This document shows, one piece after another, positions 8,331 through 18,811 of a DNA stretch of 64,000 bases. This DNA comes from Chloroflexia bacterium (GTDB taxonomy: Bacteria; Chloroflexota; Chloroflexia; QHBQ01; JAICKM01), in contig JBPCPV010000009.1 in assembly GCA_050998805.1 (NCBI GenBank), positions 6,699 to 70,698 on the forward strand. Reading direction: 5' to 3'. The notes beneath the pieces are model-generated. The model was not told where the DNA came from. It saw only the letters and a program-made list of their open reading frames with translations, and did not search any database. The position numbers and the translations under genes were made by a program. The stretch's first letter is position 1. Each line of letters starts with the position of its first letter.

Positions 8331-10031
8331 TTGACGAATAAGAACGAAAAAGTGCGGATCATTCCGCTGGGGGGACTGGGAGAGGTCGGTAAGAACATGA
8401 CCCTCCTCGAATATGGGGAAGACATCATCATCGTAGACATCGGTGTGGCGTTCCCCGAAGCCGAACAGCTCGGCATTGACCTGGTGATCCCCGACATAAC
8501 ATACCTCAAGGGCAAAGAGGACCGCGTGCGGGGGATCTTCATCACCCACGGGCACGAAGACCACATCGGCGCGATCCCCTTCATCTACCCTCATATCCCT
8601 GCGCCGATCTACGCGACGCGGATCACGCTCGGCCTGATCGAGGTCAAGCTCCGCGAACACAACCTGATGGGCATGGCCGACCTCCGCGAGGTGCAGCCGG
8701 GCGACAAGGTGGACCTGGGCGACCTGATCGTGGAATTCTTCCATGTCTGCCACAGTATCCCCGACGCCTGTGGCCTCGGCATACACACGCCGGAAGGCAT
8801 CGTGATCCACACCGGCGACTTCAAGTTCGACCAAACGCCGGTGGACGGCCACCAGACCGACTTCAACGCGCTCTCGCGCCTCGGCAATGAGGGCGTGCTC
8901 TGCCTGCTCTCCGACTGCGTGCATGTCGAAACGCCCGGCTTCACGCCCTCCGAGCGGGAGGTCGCGGTGACGATTGACCGGCTGATCGGCGAAGCGCCGG
9001 GCCGGGTGATCATCTCGACCTTCGCCTCGCTGATCACGCGGGTGCAGCAGATCATGGATGTGGCCTACTACCACCACCGCAAGGTCGCGGTGGCCGGGCG
9101 GAGCCTGGAGAACAACGTGGCGATGGCTACCGAGCTGGGGTATCTCCACCCGCCGCCTGAGACGATGATCTCGGCGGGCGACGTGAAAGCCTACCCGGAT
9201 CGCGATGTCGTGATCATCACGACTGGCGCGCAGGGAGAGCCGATGGCCGCCCTCAGCCGCATCGCCAACGGCGACCATCGCTTCATAAGCATCGTGCCCG
9301 GAGACACGGTTATCCTCTCCGCAACGCCGATACCCGGCAACGAAAACAGCGTGAACAAGGTGATCAACAGCCTGTTCTACCAGGGCGCGAGCGTGATCTA
9401 CCCGCCCGCGTACAAAGTCCACGTTTCGGGGCACGCCAGCCAGGAAGAACTCAAGTTGATGCTCAACCTGACGCACCCCCGCTTTGTGGCCCCCATCCAC
9501 GGCGAGCGCCGCCACCAGGTCCACTACACCCGGCTGGCCGAGCAAATGGGCGTGGAGAGCGAGAACATCTTCCTGCTGGAGAACGGCAGCGTCCTCGAAC
9601 TTACGGCGGACAGCGCGAAAATCACCGGGCAGGTGCCGGCTGGCGATGTGTTCGTGGACGGCCTCAGCGTCGGCGAGATCGGCGAGGTGGTGCTGCGCGA
9701 CCGCCAGTTCCTCGGCCGCGACGGTATGCTGATCGTGGTCGTGACGGTGGACAAGGCGACCGGCGCTGTGCTGGCCGGACCCGACCTCGTGACGCGCGGC
9801 TTCGTCTACGCGCGCGACTCGGAGGCGCTGCTCGAGCGCACCAAGCTGCGCGTGCTCGAAACGCTGAACGGCCACAGCGCCCCCGCCAACGGCCACAACG
9901 CCAACGGCGAACACGCGCACCTGACCGACTGGAGCTTCCTGAACCGCAAGATCAAGCAGGCGGTTAGCGAGTACCTCTACACACAGACGAAGCGGAGGCC
10001 GGTGGTGCTGCCGGTCGTCATGGAGTTATGA
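8331..10031 (+). CDS. rnj: Ribonuclease J
   Basis: PLGGLGEVGKN, THGHEDHIG, HSIPD, HTGDFK, GAQGEP, HVSGHA, PIHGE motifs. Confidence 0.97.
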   Translation: MTNKNEKVRIIPLGGLGEVGKNMTLLEYGEDIIIVDIGVAFPEAEQLGIDLVIPDITYLKGKEDRVRGIFITHGHEDHIGAIPFIYPHIPAPIYATRITLGLIEVKLREHNLMGMADLREVQPGDKVDLGDLIVEFFHVCHSIPDACGLGIHTPEGIVIHTGDFKFDQTPVDGHQTDFNALSRLGNEGVLCLLSDCVHVETPGFTPSEREVAVTIDRLIGEAPGRVIISTFASLITRVQQIMDVAYYHHRKVAVAGRSLENNVAMATELGYLHPPPETMISAGDVKAYPDRDVVIITTGAQGEPMAALSRIANGDHRFISIVPGDTVILSATPIPGNENSVNKVINSLFYQGASVIYPPAYKVHVSGHASQEELKLMLNLTHPRFVAPIHGERRHQVHYTRLAEQMGVESENIFLLENGSVLELTADSAKITGQVPAGDVFVDGLSVGEIGEVVLRDRQFLGRDGMLIVVVTVDKATGAVLAGPDLVTRGFVYARDSEALLERTKLRVLETLNGHSAPANGHNANGEHAHLTDWSFLNRKIKQAVSEYLYTQTKRRPVVLPVVMEL

Positions 10032-10048
10032 GTTAGAAAGACGGTTTA

Positions 10049-12553
10049 ATGCCCGCGAACCCGAGCACGCGATCACCTGGGACGAAGAGCGCACCGAACC
10101 GCAGCCGGAAGGGGACAGGGGCGGCGAAGCGGTCGCCAGCGCTTGCGCGGAAAAGCAGCCGGGGGCGGGGGCAGTCGGGGCCGCACATCAGCATGGCGAT
10201 ACCGCAGGCATTGCAGCGTGAGATACTCGCGGTGGTGGTCCTCCTGTTCGCGGTGCTGACTGCGATCAGCCTGCGCGGAGGGGACTCCGCGGGCATCCTG
10301 AGCGCCTGGGGCGCGGCGCTGACCGCGGTCTTCGGCTGGGCGGCCTGGCTGGCACCGCTCGCCATCGCCGCCGCCGGGGTGATGCTCTTTGTCGCAGGGC
10401 TGCTCAAGATCGACCGCCTCCGCTGGGAGATGCCCCTCGGCATCTGCCTGATCCTCGGCGGGGTCGTCGGCCTGGCCGAGTTATCGCTCACCTCCGGGCA
10501 GTCGGGCGCGGCCCCCCGGCAGACCGGGGGGATGGTCGGCGAGGCCGTGAGTGGGCTGGTGCAGGGCATCGCCGGGCGGTTCGGCGGCGGGGTGATCCTG
10601 CTCGCGCTGATCATCATCGGGGTGATTATGGCGTTCCACCTCTCGATAGGCGACCTGATGCGGCTGCTGGGGCGGGGAGGCGGCGGCCTCATCTCACTAT
10701 TCACCGCGCAGCCGCCGACCACCGCCAAAGCCGCCTCCCCACCTCCGGTCACGGTCATGCCACAAGCCGCCGCGCCGCGCCTCCCCCGCCCTGCCGCCGA
10801 AGACGACGGCCTGCCGCACGACATCCCCCGCATCCTCGGCGGGGCGACTGTTTTTGTGCCTGCCGCGCCTCCGGCTATCGGCGCGCAGGCCAAGCCCGAG
10901 AGAGCCAAGCCGCCCGTCGGCGAACCCGCCCCCGCCGTTCAACTCTCCCTACCGACGCCCGGCACCAACGGCATGGTCTGGCGGCTGCCGGAAGTGACAC
11001 AGCTTGAGAAGGCCGGGGACATCGAGGTGAACGACGGCGACCTGCGGCGCAAGGCGAGCAAGATCGAGGAGGTGCTGGCGACGTTCGGCGTCTCGGCGAA
11101 GGTGCCGGAGATCCACCCCGGCCCTGCGGTCACGCAGTTCGCCGTGGTGCCGGGAGAGGGGGTCCGCGTTGCGAAGATCGCCGCGCTGGCGAACGACCTC
11201 GCGCTCGCGCTCGAAGCCCCGAGCATACGCATCGAGGCCCCGGTGCCCGGCATGGCCTATGTCGGCGTCGAGGTGCCGAACATCACGCCGGGGCTGGTCG
11301 GCCTCCGCAATATCCTCGAAACCGAGAGCTTCAAGCACAACCGCGGCAAGCTGCGAGTTCCCCTCGGCCGCGACACCAACAACCAGCCGGTGATCACCGA
11401 CCTGGCGAAGCTGCCCCACCTGCTGATCGCGGGGGCGACCGGCTCCGGCAAGAGCGTGGCGATCAACTCGCTGATCGTCTCCTTCCTGATGCAGTACACG
11501 CCCGACGAACTACGTATGCTGATGATCGACCCGAAGCGCGTCGAACTAAGCGGCTTCAACGGCATCCCCCACCTGCTCCGCCCGGTCGTCACCGAGATGA
11601 AGTCCGAAAAAGACCCCGCATCGAAAGGCCCCCGCCCGCTGACCGCCATCGAAATCCTCAAGTGGCTGCTCTGGGAGATGGAGCGCCGCTACAAGATGTT
11701 CGCTCATGGCGGCAAAGACAGCGACGGCATCAGCCGCGGCGTTCGCAACATCGAGCAATACCACGCCGCCGCCCACACCGACCCGATGCTCGCCCCGATG
11801 CCCTACATCGTGCTCGTGATTGACGAACTCGCCGACCTCATGCTGAACGCGCCCGAAGATGTCGAGACCTCGATCTGCCGCCTGGCCCAGCTCGCCCGCG
11901 CCACCGGCATCCACCTGATCATTGCCACCCAGCGCCCCTCGGTAGATGTCGTGACCGGGCTGATCAAGGCGAACTTCCCCGCCCGCATCGCCTTCGCGGT
12001 CACCTCGATGATAGACAGCCGGGTGATCCTCGACACCCCCGGTGCCGAAAAACTGCTCGGCAGGGGCGACGCGCTCTACACCGCCTCCGACGAGTCGAAG
12101 CCGATCCGCGTGCAGGGCACGTTTGTTTCGGACAGGGAGACCGAGCGGGTCGTCCAGTTCTGGCGCAAGCAGTTGCCCGAAGCCGCTCACGCCGGGGAGC
12201 AGGACGCCGCCCAGCCAAACGCTTCTCAGCAGGTCGGCGGCATCGCCCTCGCGGCCAAGCCGGTGCAGCTTGGAGCCAACGTGCCGATGCCCGACTGGCT
12301 TGCCGAGGCCGAGGCCGGAGGCGACAGCGTGGACGAGGACGAGATGCTCAAGAAGGCAATCGTGCTCGTGAAGAAGCACCGCTACGCCAGCACGAGCATG
12401 TTGCAGCGCCGCCTCCGCCTCGGCTACAACCGCGCCGAACGCCTGATCGAGAAGATGGAGGAGATGGGCATCGTCGGCCCCCAGGACGGAACCAGCGGGC
12501 GCTCCGTGCTGCTCGGCGAGGACGGGGAGAACGGGGATGGGGCGGACACATGA
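10049..12553 (+). CDS. ftsK: DNA translocase FtsK/SpoIIIE
   Basis: N-terminal TM domain, PHLLIAGATGSGKS, IDELADLM, ATQRPSVDV, C-terminal gamma domain (SMLQRRLRLGYNRA). Confidence 0.97.
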   Translation: MPANPSTRSPGTKSAPNRSRKGTGAAKRSPALARKSSRGRGQSGPHISMAIPQALQREILAVVVLLFAVLTAISLRGGDSAGILSAWGAALTAVFGWAAWLAPLAIAAAGVMLFVAGLLKIDRLRWEMPLGICLILGGVVGLAELSLTSGQSGAAPRQTGGMVGEAVSGLVQGIAGRFGGGVILLALIIIGVIMAFHLSIGDLMRLLGRGGGGLISLFTAQPPTTAKAASPPPVTVMPQAAAPRLPRPAAEDDGLPHDIPRILGGATVFVPAAPPAIGAQAKPERAKPPVGEPAPAVQLSLPTPGTNGMVWRLPEVTQLEKAGDIEVNDGDLRRKASKIEEVLATFGVSAKVPEIHPGPAVTQFAVVPGEGVRVAKIAALANDLALALEAPSIRIEAPVPGMAYVGVEVPNITPGLVGLRNILETESFKHNRGKLRVPLGRDTNNQPVITDLAKLPHLLIAGATGSGKSVAINSLIVSFLMQYTPDELRMLMIDPKRVELSGFNGIPHLLRPVVTEMKSEKDPASKGPRPLTAIEILKWLLWEMERRYKMFAHGGKDSDGISRGVRNIEQYHAAAHTDPMLAPMPYIVLVIDELADLMLNAPEDVETSICRLAQLARATGIHLIIATQRPSVDVVTGLIKANFPARIAFAVTSMIDSRVILDTPGAEKLLGRGDALYTASDESKPIRVQGTFVSDRETERVVQFWRKQLPEAAHAGEQDAAQPNASQQVGGIALAAKPVQLGANVPMPDWLAEAEAGGDSVDEDEMLKKAIVLVKKHRYASTSMLQRRLRLGYNRAERLIEKMEEMGIVGPQDGTSGRSVLLGEDGENGDGADT

Positions 12554-13449
12554 GCCAAACATATGTCGTCGGCGATGTGCATGGCGACTACACTCGACTG
12601 GTGGGGCTGCTGAAGCAGGCCCGGCTGGTGGACGAGAGACTGCGCTGGCTGGGCGGCGACAGCGCCCTCTGGTTCATGGGCGACTTTTTCGACCGCGGCG
12701 AGGACGGCGTGGCAGCGGTGGATCTGGTGATGCGCCTACAGCGAGAAGCCGCGGCAGCTGGCGGTCGTGTGGGCGCGCTCCTGGGGAATCACGAGCCGCT
12801 GATCCTCTCAGCCCTCTGGATGCCTGACGAGCAGACAAGCGGGCTGGCTGGCACCTTCTATGGCGATTGGAAGCTCAACGGCGGCACCGACTCCGACCTA
12901 CAGCGCCTCACCGCCGCCCATACGGAGTGGATCGTCGGCCTGCCCTCCCTCGCCAGAGAAGGTGACTGGCTCCTCATGCACGCCGACAGCACCGACTACA
13001 TCAGGTACGGTCGCTCGATAGAAGAGGTGAACCTCGCGCTCAGAGCATTGCTGCTCCGGCGCGACCCCGCCGAGTACAACCGCTTGTTCGGCGAGTTCGG
13101 GCGCGAGTTCGGAGACCACCGGCCCGATGGGCACCGCAAAGTAGACCTGGTGTTGCATACATTTGGAGCGGCGCGCCTCGTACACGGCCACACACTCATC
13201 AGCAACATGACTCGCCGTCCTCTGCAGAGCGTGACGGAAGCCCTGGTGTACGACGGCGGGCGCTGTGTTGACGTGGACGGTGGGCTAGGAGAGGGCGGCC
13301 AGGGCTTCGTCTACAGGCTCCACTCTACTCCACCGACGGTGTCGTCCGCGCCACGCGAGCCGCTCAATCTGCCGACACTGGATCTCGGCCCGTGGACGGA
13401 GGGGTTGTCTCTGCGACGGGAAGACATGTATGGCGATGACGAGCGTTAG
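12550..13449 (+). CDS. Calcineurin-like metallophosphoesterase (Shewanella-like phosphatase type)
   Basis: GDVHG, GDFFDRG, LGNHE, HGHT motifs; ATGA overlap with ftsK. Confidence 0.88.
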   Translation: MSQTYVVGDVHGDYTRLVGLLKQARLVDERLRWLGGDSALWFMGDFFDRGEDGVAAVDLVMRLQREAAAAGGRVGALLGNHEPLILSALWMPDEQTSGLAGTFYGDWKLNGGTDSDLQRLTAAHTEWIVGLPSLAREGDWLLMHADSTDYIRYGRSIEEVNLALRALLLRRDPAEYNRLFGEFGREFGDHRPDGHRKVDLVLHTFGAARLVHGHTLISNMTRRPLQSVTEALVYDGGRCVDVDGGLGEGGQGFVYRLHSTPPTVSSAPREPLNLPTLDLGPWTEGLSLRREDMYGDDER

Positions 13450-14369
13450 CGCGTCACCGTCCTGAACCAGAACTCGTTGAACGCGCCTCCGTTCACTCGT
13501 GTCACCACTCTTGTCGGCTTCCCACCGGCGTCAACCCTTTGCCGGAGCCATCCGTCCTTGATCTCCACCTTCAAGGGCACTTCAGTGATCTCCACACCTT
13601 CATTCCAGCCTAACGCGACGGCACAAGCCAGCGGATCGTGTTGGGCATTGATGGTGTCTTCCGGCAAACCACTGCACGTTTGACCATACCGCGCTTCGTT
13701 CTTCTCGTCCTCGGCAAACGCCTCAGCTTGTCTTGCGATGAGCCGGGCCAGTTGCCCCGACTGTCTCAGGGTCGGCAGGTAGGCTCTTCTGAGCGAGGTT
13801 TCTGCGGTTATGGAGAGTGGGATGAGCGTGGGGCTTGATCTCTGGAGGACGTATTCTGCCGATTGAACATCAACCTGCACATTGTAGTCCATTTCGTTGA
13901 CCCACTGAGGGAAGCCTTCCCTGGGAGGGAACAGATAACCGCCCATGAGATAAAGCCTTGCATCGCGCAATATACTGGGAGATCGCTTTTCCAACAGGGC
14001 CAGATTCGTGTAGGGTCCAATCGCGGCTATGATCGCGCCTTGCTCGATACTGCGCTCGAGCAGGGAGAGGGCTTGATCGAGCGAGGTCGGGGCTGGCGGT
14101 ATCGCCTCCGGCCAATAGACGCCCTCGTCGGGGAAGCCGGGCCTAGGGCGATAGCAATCAAGCGAGACGTCTGCGCCGGCCGCGACCGGAATCTCTTCTC
14201 GGTCGGCGAGCCTCAAGGCGTACCGGGTATACCCTGCCCGTCTGCCTTGATCGTCGGCGACCGTGGTGACCGCGAGCAGTTCAACATCCGGCCAATTGAG
14301 CACCATCGCCAACGCGCACAGGTCGTCAATATCGCCCCCTAAGTCGGTATCGAGATGCAGCTTCAGCAC
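13446..14369 (-). CDS. Inosine-uridine preferring nucleoside hydrolase family protein
   Basis: LDTDLGGDIDD, IGPYTNLA, LMGG, HDPLA; GGAGG RBS before GTG 14369. The longer 691-aa ORF call is an antisense artefact. Confidence 0.88.
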   Translation of the reverse strand: MLKLHLDTDLGGDIDDLCALAMVLNWPDVELLAVTTVADDQGRRAGYTRYALRLADREEIPVAAGADVSLDCYRPRPGFPDEGVYWPEAIPPAPTSLDQALSLLERSIEQGAIIAAIGPYTNLALLEKRSPSILRDARLYLMGGYLFPPREGFPQWVNEMDYNVQVDVQSAEYVLQRSSPTLIPLSITAETSLRRAYLPTLRQSGQLARLIARQAEAFAEDEKNEARYGQTCSGLPEDTINAQHDPLACAVALGWNEGVEITEVPLKVEIKDGWLRQRVDAGGKPTRVVTRVNGGAFNEFWFRTVTR

Positions 14370-14423
14370 TTCTTTGCCCTCCGTCTCCATTCTACCACAG
14401 AGCCAAAGATTGTATAATACCCC

Positions 14424-15461
14424 ATGCACATCTACGCCGAGGCCATCTCCGGCCTGATCGGCTTCGCGCGCGCCGAGTTGGCCGGCCTGAGCGGGCGGAT
14501 CGAGTTTCTGCCCGAGCAGCAGCCCGATGCGCTCCGCTTCACTTACCGTGGCGACATCCGGTCGCTGCTTGGGCTGCGCTCGGTCGTCGCCGTCTACCTC
14601 GCGGAGACCTTTCCCGTGCCGAGGCCGCGCGGGCTGCTCGGCAACCAGCACTTCGCGGGGCTGTCGGCGATGGTCGAGACGGTGCGCCGCCTCCATCCGC
14701 CGGGCGCGTTCCGCACACTCCGCTTGAGCGCGGCTGGCGAGGGGTCGGCGGTGATGGCCCGCCTGCGCGACGAGCTGGCTGCCAGCACAAAGCTGCGGGC
14801 AATGGGTGAGGAGGCCGACATGCTGCTGCGGCTGAGGCCCGCGCCCGGCGGCTGGGAGGCGCTTGCGCGGATCTCGCCCCGCCCGCTCACCGCGCGGCCC
14901 TGGCGTGTCTGCAACATGCCGGGCGCGCTCAATCCAGTCGTCGCCCACGCGATGGCCGCGATGAGCGCGCCCGCACCCGCAGACCGCTACCTGAACCTCG
15001 GCTGCGGCTCCGGCACGCTGATGATCGAGTGGCTCGCCGTCGGCCCCGCCCAGCTCGTCGTCGGCTGCGACCTCGACCCGTCTGCCCTCGCCTGCGCCCG
15101 CCAAAATCTCGACGCCGCAGGCTGCCCCGGCCTGCCGCTGCTGCGCGCAGACGCCGGGCTGCTCCCCTTCCCTGACGCATCGTTCGACGTGCTGACCGCC
15201 GACCTGCCGTTTGGTCGGCTCGTCGGCACCCACGCCGGCAACGAGCAGCTCTACCCGCGCCTGCTCGCCGAGGCCACAAGGGTTGCCGCGCCGGGCGCGC
15301 GCCTGCTGCTGGTCACCCACGAGGTGCGCCTGCTCGAGCGGCTGCTCGGCTCGCCGCCTCTCTCCGCCGCCTGGGAGACGGTCGCGGTGCTGCGGGTGAA
15401 ACTGCCGTTCGGGGCCGGCGGGCTGAACCCACGGATCTATCACCTGCGGCGGATGCCGTGA
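14424..15461 (+). CDS. SAM-dependent RNA methyltransferase (UPF0020/Trm14-like)
   Basis: GALNPVVAHAM, NLGCGSGTLMIE, DLPFG motifs; TGTATAAT ends 5 nt before ATG (probably leaderless). Confidence 0.8.
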   Translation: MHIYAEAISGLIGFARAELAGLSGRIEFLPEQQPDALRFTYRGDIRSLLGLRSVVAVYLAETFPVPRPRGLLGNQHFAGLSAMVETVRRLHPPGAFRTLRLSAAGEGSAVMARLRDELAASTKLRAMGEEADMLLRLRPAPGGWEALARISPRPLTARPWRVCNMPGALNPVVAHAMAAMSAPAPADRYLNLGCGSGTLMIEWLAVGPAQLVVGCDLDPSALACARQNLDAAGCPGLPLLRADAGLLPFPDASFDVLTADLPFGRLVGTHAGNEQLYPRLLAEATRVAAPGARLLLVTHEVRLLERLLGSPPLSAAWETVAVLRVKLPFGAGGLNPRIYHLRRMP

Positions 15462-15563
15462 TTCCCTGATAGCCAATGGCCGGAGTCCGCGCTGATACCC
15501 CAATGTTTGACATCGGGCCAATCTCTCCTCTATACTTGGGTAATCTACGATGGTGCCTACTTA

Positions 15564-17600
15564 ATGACGACACTCGACACATCTTCCCACAGCCACGCCG
15601 AACCGGCGGACCAGACGCCGAACGCGATAGGTCAGGCGTGGGCCGCGCGCGGGGTCTGGCTCGGCCTGCTCGCGCTCGTTGTCGGGGCCGCCGGCGAACA
15701 GCTGCTGTTCCATGAGGAACTGCGGGGCCTGGGCATGGCCGTGCTGGTGCTTGCCGTGCTGCTCGGCGTGCTTGCATGGAACGGCGCGCCGGTCGCCACA
15801 GGCTTAGACGCCGGCGCAGAACGCCCCTGGCGGCATATCGCCTGGAGGCGGGAGCTGCTGCTACGGCTGGCAGGGATCGCCGGGGCGGTTGGGCTTGCCG
15901 TGGGCAGCATCGCCGCGTACATCGCCGCGCCGAACGAGATTTTCGGGCTGCAAGGCCAGCTTTGGCTGGGGAGCATGGGCCTACTGCTGCTGTCGTGCGC
16001 CCGCTGGTATCCGCGCGCCCGCCCCGAGACAGCCGTCGGCCCGCCCTGGACTCGCGCCGAGATTGTCCTCTTTGTCGGCCTGCTCGCCCTCAGCCTGGTC
16101 ACGCGCCTGGCATACCTCGACGAGATCCCCTGGCGCTTCCACTTCGACGAGGGCTACGCCTTCACCGAGATCATGCGCTACTACACCATCCCGACGCTCC
16201 CGCTGTTCACGACAACCTGGCACCAGACCGGGCTGCCGAGCCTCCTCTTTTACCCCGAGGCCGGGCTGATGCACATCGTCGGCGTGGGGCTGGCGGGGGT
16301 GCGGGTCGGCGTCGCCCTGGTCGGGGCACTGCTGGTGCTGCCGGTCTACGGCATCGCCCGGCTCGCCTGGGGGCGGACCGCTGCGGCGCTTGCCGGCTTC
16401 GGCGTCTGCATATCGGCGGCGGCGGTGCATTACAGCCGGATTTCGATCCTGAACATGACGACCGCGTTCTGGTGGGCGGCCTGCTTCTACTTCCTGCTGC
16501 GCGGCCTGCGCTCGCGGCGGCCCGGCGATTTCGTCTGGGCGGGGTTGGCGGCGGGCACCAGCATGTACACCTACTACGGCACCCGGCTGCTGCCCTACCT
16601 CCTGCTCGCCTTCGCCGCCTACCTCCTGCTGTTCCACTTCCGGGCCACGCGGGAGAGGCTGGGCCACCTGGCGCTTGTCGCGGTAGGCTTCCTGGCCGGC
16701 TTCGGGCCACTCCTGGGATACTTCCAGCAGCACCCCGGCGTCTGGTCAGCTCGCGGCCTAAGCGACCTGAACGTGCCAGCGTCTATCCCGACCACCTGGG
16801 ACGGCATCGTGGCCGACTGGAACGTGCTGGCTCCTCTCGCCTTGAAGAACCTCCTCGGCTTCAGCGTCTTGCCCGGCCAGGATAACGTCTACTTCGCGCC
16901 CCTGCTGCTCGCCCCCGAGGCGGTGCTGCTCACGCTCGGCGTGGGCCTGCTGATCCGGCGCTGGCGGCAGCCTGCCTCCTTCCTGATCTTGCTGACCGGT
17001 TTCGGCGTGCTGTTCGTCGCCACACTGCTCGAGTACCCCACGACCCCGAACTTCGCGCACTGGGCACCGGCCTTCCCGGTCTTCTATCTAACGCTCGCAC
17101 TGCCCCTCGCGCTTCTCCTCGGTGCCTTCCGCAGGCTCGACCGGCGCGTATGGGTCGTCGGCTGCCTGCTGCTCGCCGCCGGCCTCGTCTGGGACGCCGG
17201 GGCGAACGCCTACGGCTATCTTGTCGAGTACCCGCCGAAGGTGCCGCCAGACCACGAATTGGAAGCCGTGCAGGGCCGCTTCATCGAGAGCGTCGGCCCG
17301 AACACCCGCGTCTTCATCATCGGCCCCACATGGCAGGGCCTATACCCCGATGTCGCCGCGATGATGGGGCCGCACACCGAGGCGAACAACCTCTGGGATG
17401 TCGCCGACAGCTTGGGGGTGCCGCCCGACCCCTCGCGCGCCGTCGCCTTCGTCTTCTACAATGACCAGGAGCAGAACATCCCCATCTTCCAGGCCCGCTA
17501 CCCCGGCGGCAAACTCGTCGTCCTGATAACTCCCAGCGGCAGCCAAACCGCAACCGCCTACATCGTTCCCCCCGCACCGGCAAACCCGCCGACGCAGTAA
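15564..17600 (+). CDS. GT-C fold integral membrane glycosyltransferase (ArnT/PMT-like)
   Basis: Multi-TM protein with HFDEG loop, HYSR motif, YTYYGTRL; TTGACA-18 nt-TATACT promoter at 15507-15536. Confidence 0.82.
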   Translation: MTTLDTSSHSHAEPADQTPNAIGQAWAARGVWLGLLALVVGAAGEQLLFHEELRGLGMAVLVLAVLLGVLAWNGAPVATGLDAGAERPWRHIAWRRELLLRLAGIAGAVGLAVGSIAAYIAAPNEIFGLQGQLWLGSMGLLLLSCARWYPRARPETAVGPPWTRAEIVLFVGLLALSLVTRLAYLDEIPWRFHFDEGYAFTEIMRYYTIPTLPLFTTTWHQTGLPSLLFYPEAGLMHIVGVGLAGVRVGVALVGALLVLPVYGIARLAWGRTAAALAGFGVCISAAAVHYSRISILNMTTAFWWAACFYFLLRGLRSRRPGDFVWAGLAAGTSMYTYYGTRLLPYLLLAFAAYLLLFHFRATRERLGHLALVAVGFLAGFGPLLGYFQQHPGVWSARGLSDLNVPASIPTTWDGIVADWNVLAPLALKNLLGFSVLPGQDNVYFAPLLLAPEAVLLTLGVGLLIRRWRQPASFLILLTGFGVLFVATLLEYPTTPNFAHWAPAFPVFYLTLALPLALLLGAFRRLDRRVWVVGCLLLAAGLVWDAGANAYGYLVEYPPKVPPDHELEAVQGRFIESVGPNTRVFIIGPTWQGLYPDVAAMMGPHTEANNLWDVADSLGVPPDPSRAVAFVFYNDQEQNIPIFQARYPGGKLVVLITPSGSQTATAYIVPPAPANPPTQ

Positions 17601-17626
17601 TAAAGTGCTTATCACGCACTCCGCAC

Positions 17627-18811
17627 TCAAAAATAGTTCCGCCCCTTCCAGCCCATGCCGCGCCCGCTCAGGTAGCGCCACGCCGACCAGAGCATCATGC
17701 CGTCGCCGAGCAGCACCGCCAGGGGGTAGGCGAAGCCGTAGAGAGGGCTGATGCCCAGCGAGTGGTCGAGCACGCCCCGCAGAGCCAGCATCGGCACCAC
17801 CTGCGCCAGCGAGTGCTCCAGCCGCCGCCGCGCCGCCCCGTTCCGTGCGCGGGCAAGCGCAAATGCAGCCAGCCCCAGGCGGAGCGGCGGCAGCGACCCG
17901 TACCAGGTCAGGGCCGCCGCCACGAGCGCGACCCGACCCAGGCTGCGGCCCGAAGCCGGGAAGAGCGTCTTGCTGAAGCCGCTCCAGAGTTCGCCGAAGC
18001 CCGCGTAGACCCGCGCCCGCAGTATCTCCCGGCCCTGCGCCATCAGCAGCCGGTAGCCCGCCGCCTTCACCCTGCCCGCCAGCGCCCAGTCCTCGGCGAC
18101 CTCGCCGCGCACCGCCGCCTGCCCGCCCACGCCGTCGTAGGCCGCGCGGCGCACCAGCATGAACTGCCCGTTGGCCGCCGCCGCCCGCCCGCCCGGGTCG
18201 TTCACCTGGGCCATCGTGCCGACGAGCAGGCTGTATAGCTCCCCGGCGTGGGGCACGAGCAGCTTCTCCCAGAAGGAGCCGAGTTCGAGCAGAGGCAGCA
18301 GCGTCAGCAGGTCAGCACCCTGTTGCAGCGCGTAGGCCAGCGCCGAGGCGAGCGCGGCGGGGTCGAGGCGCATGTCGGCGTCGAGCGTCAGCAGCCATTC
18401 GGCGCGTGGGTCGGCGGCCGAGACGCCCTGTTGCAGCGCCCAGTTCTTGCCGGTCCAACCGGTCGGCAACGGCCCACCGCTCACGACACGGAGGCGTGGA
18501 TCTGATGCCGCCGGCCCCGACAGGATCTCGCCCGTGCCGTCGGTCGAGCCGTCGTCAACCGCGATCACCTCGAACGCCGGGTAGCTCTGCGCGAGCAGCC
18601 CCGTGATGCAGCCTGCCGCGTTCGCCGCCTCGTCCCGCATCGGCACCACCACACTGACGAAAGGCGCGGCCACACCCAGAGGCCAGGCCCTCGCCCGCAC
18701 CTCCGGCCCCGCGCGGGCGTTCCGCACCAGGCCCACCGCCACGCCGACCGTCACCCCGTTGACGAAGAGCGTCTGCCAAGCGTCGCGACTGCTTACCTTG
18801 GCGGCCCGCAA
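17627..18811 (-). CDS. Glycosyltransferase family 2 (CrtQ/HpnB-like)
   Basis: VSVVVPMRDEA, DDGSTDGT, GWTGKNWA, LDAD, ANGQFMLVRR, VAED; start codon uncertain (TTG with weak RBS). Confidence 0.85.
   Translation of the reverse strand: MRAAKVSSRDAWQTLFVNGVTVGVAVGLVRNARAGPEVRARAWPLGVAAPFVSVVVPMRDEAANAAGCITGLLAQSYPAFEVIAVDDGSTDGTGEILSGPAASDPRLRVVSGGPLPTGWTGKNWALQQGVSAADPRAEWLLTLDADMRLDPAALASALAYALQQGADLLTLLPLLELGSFWEKLLVPHAGELYSLLVGTMAQVNDPGGRAAAANGQFMLVRRAAYDGVGGQAAVRGEVAEDWALAGRVKAAGYRLLMAQGREILRARVYAGFGELWSGFSKTLFPASGRSLGRVALVAAALTWYGSLPPLRLGLAAFALARARNGAARRRLEHSLAQVVPMLALRGVLDHSLGISPLYGFAYPLAVLLGDGMMLWSAWRYLSGRGMGWKGRNYF

Noticed and set aside
8304-9920. Long antisense and alternative-frame ORFs (this one, 40704-42659, 52741-53928, 62209-63336 and others)
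   Set aside because: Typical stop-poor shadows of genuine genes in high-GC DNA, with no family motifs.
10049-12553. ftsK as evidence that the dif-like repeats are the chromosomal terminus
   Set aside because: ftsK sits in its usual rnj-ftsK context, and its location says nothing about where dif lies.
13446-15521. 691-aa ORF as a fusion protein
   Set aside because: The N-terminal half is the antisense shadow of the methyltransferase gene; the real start is GTG 14369.
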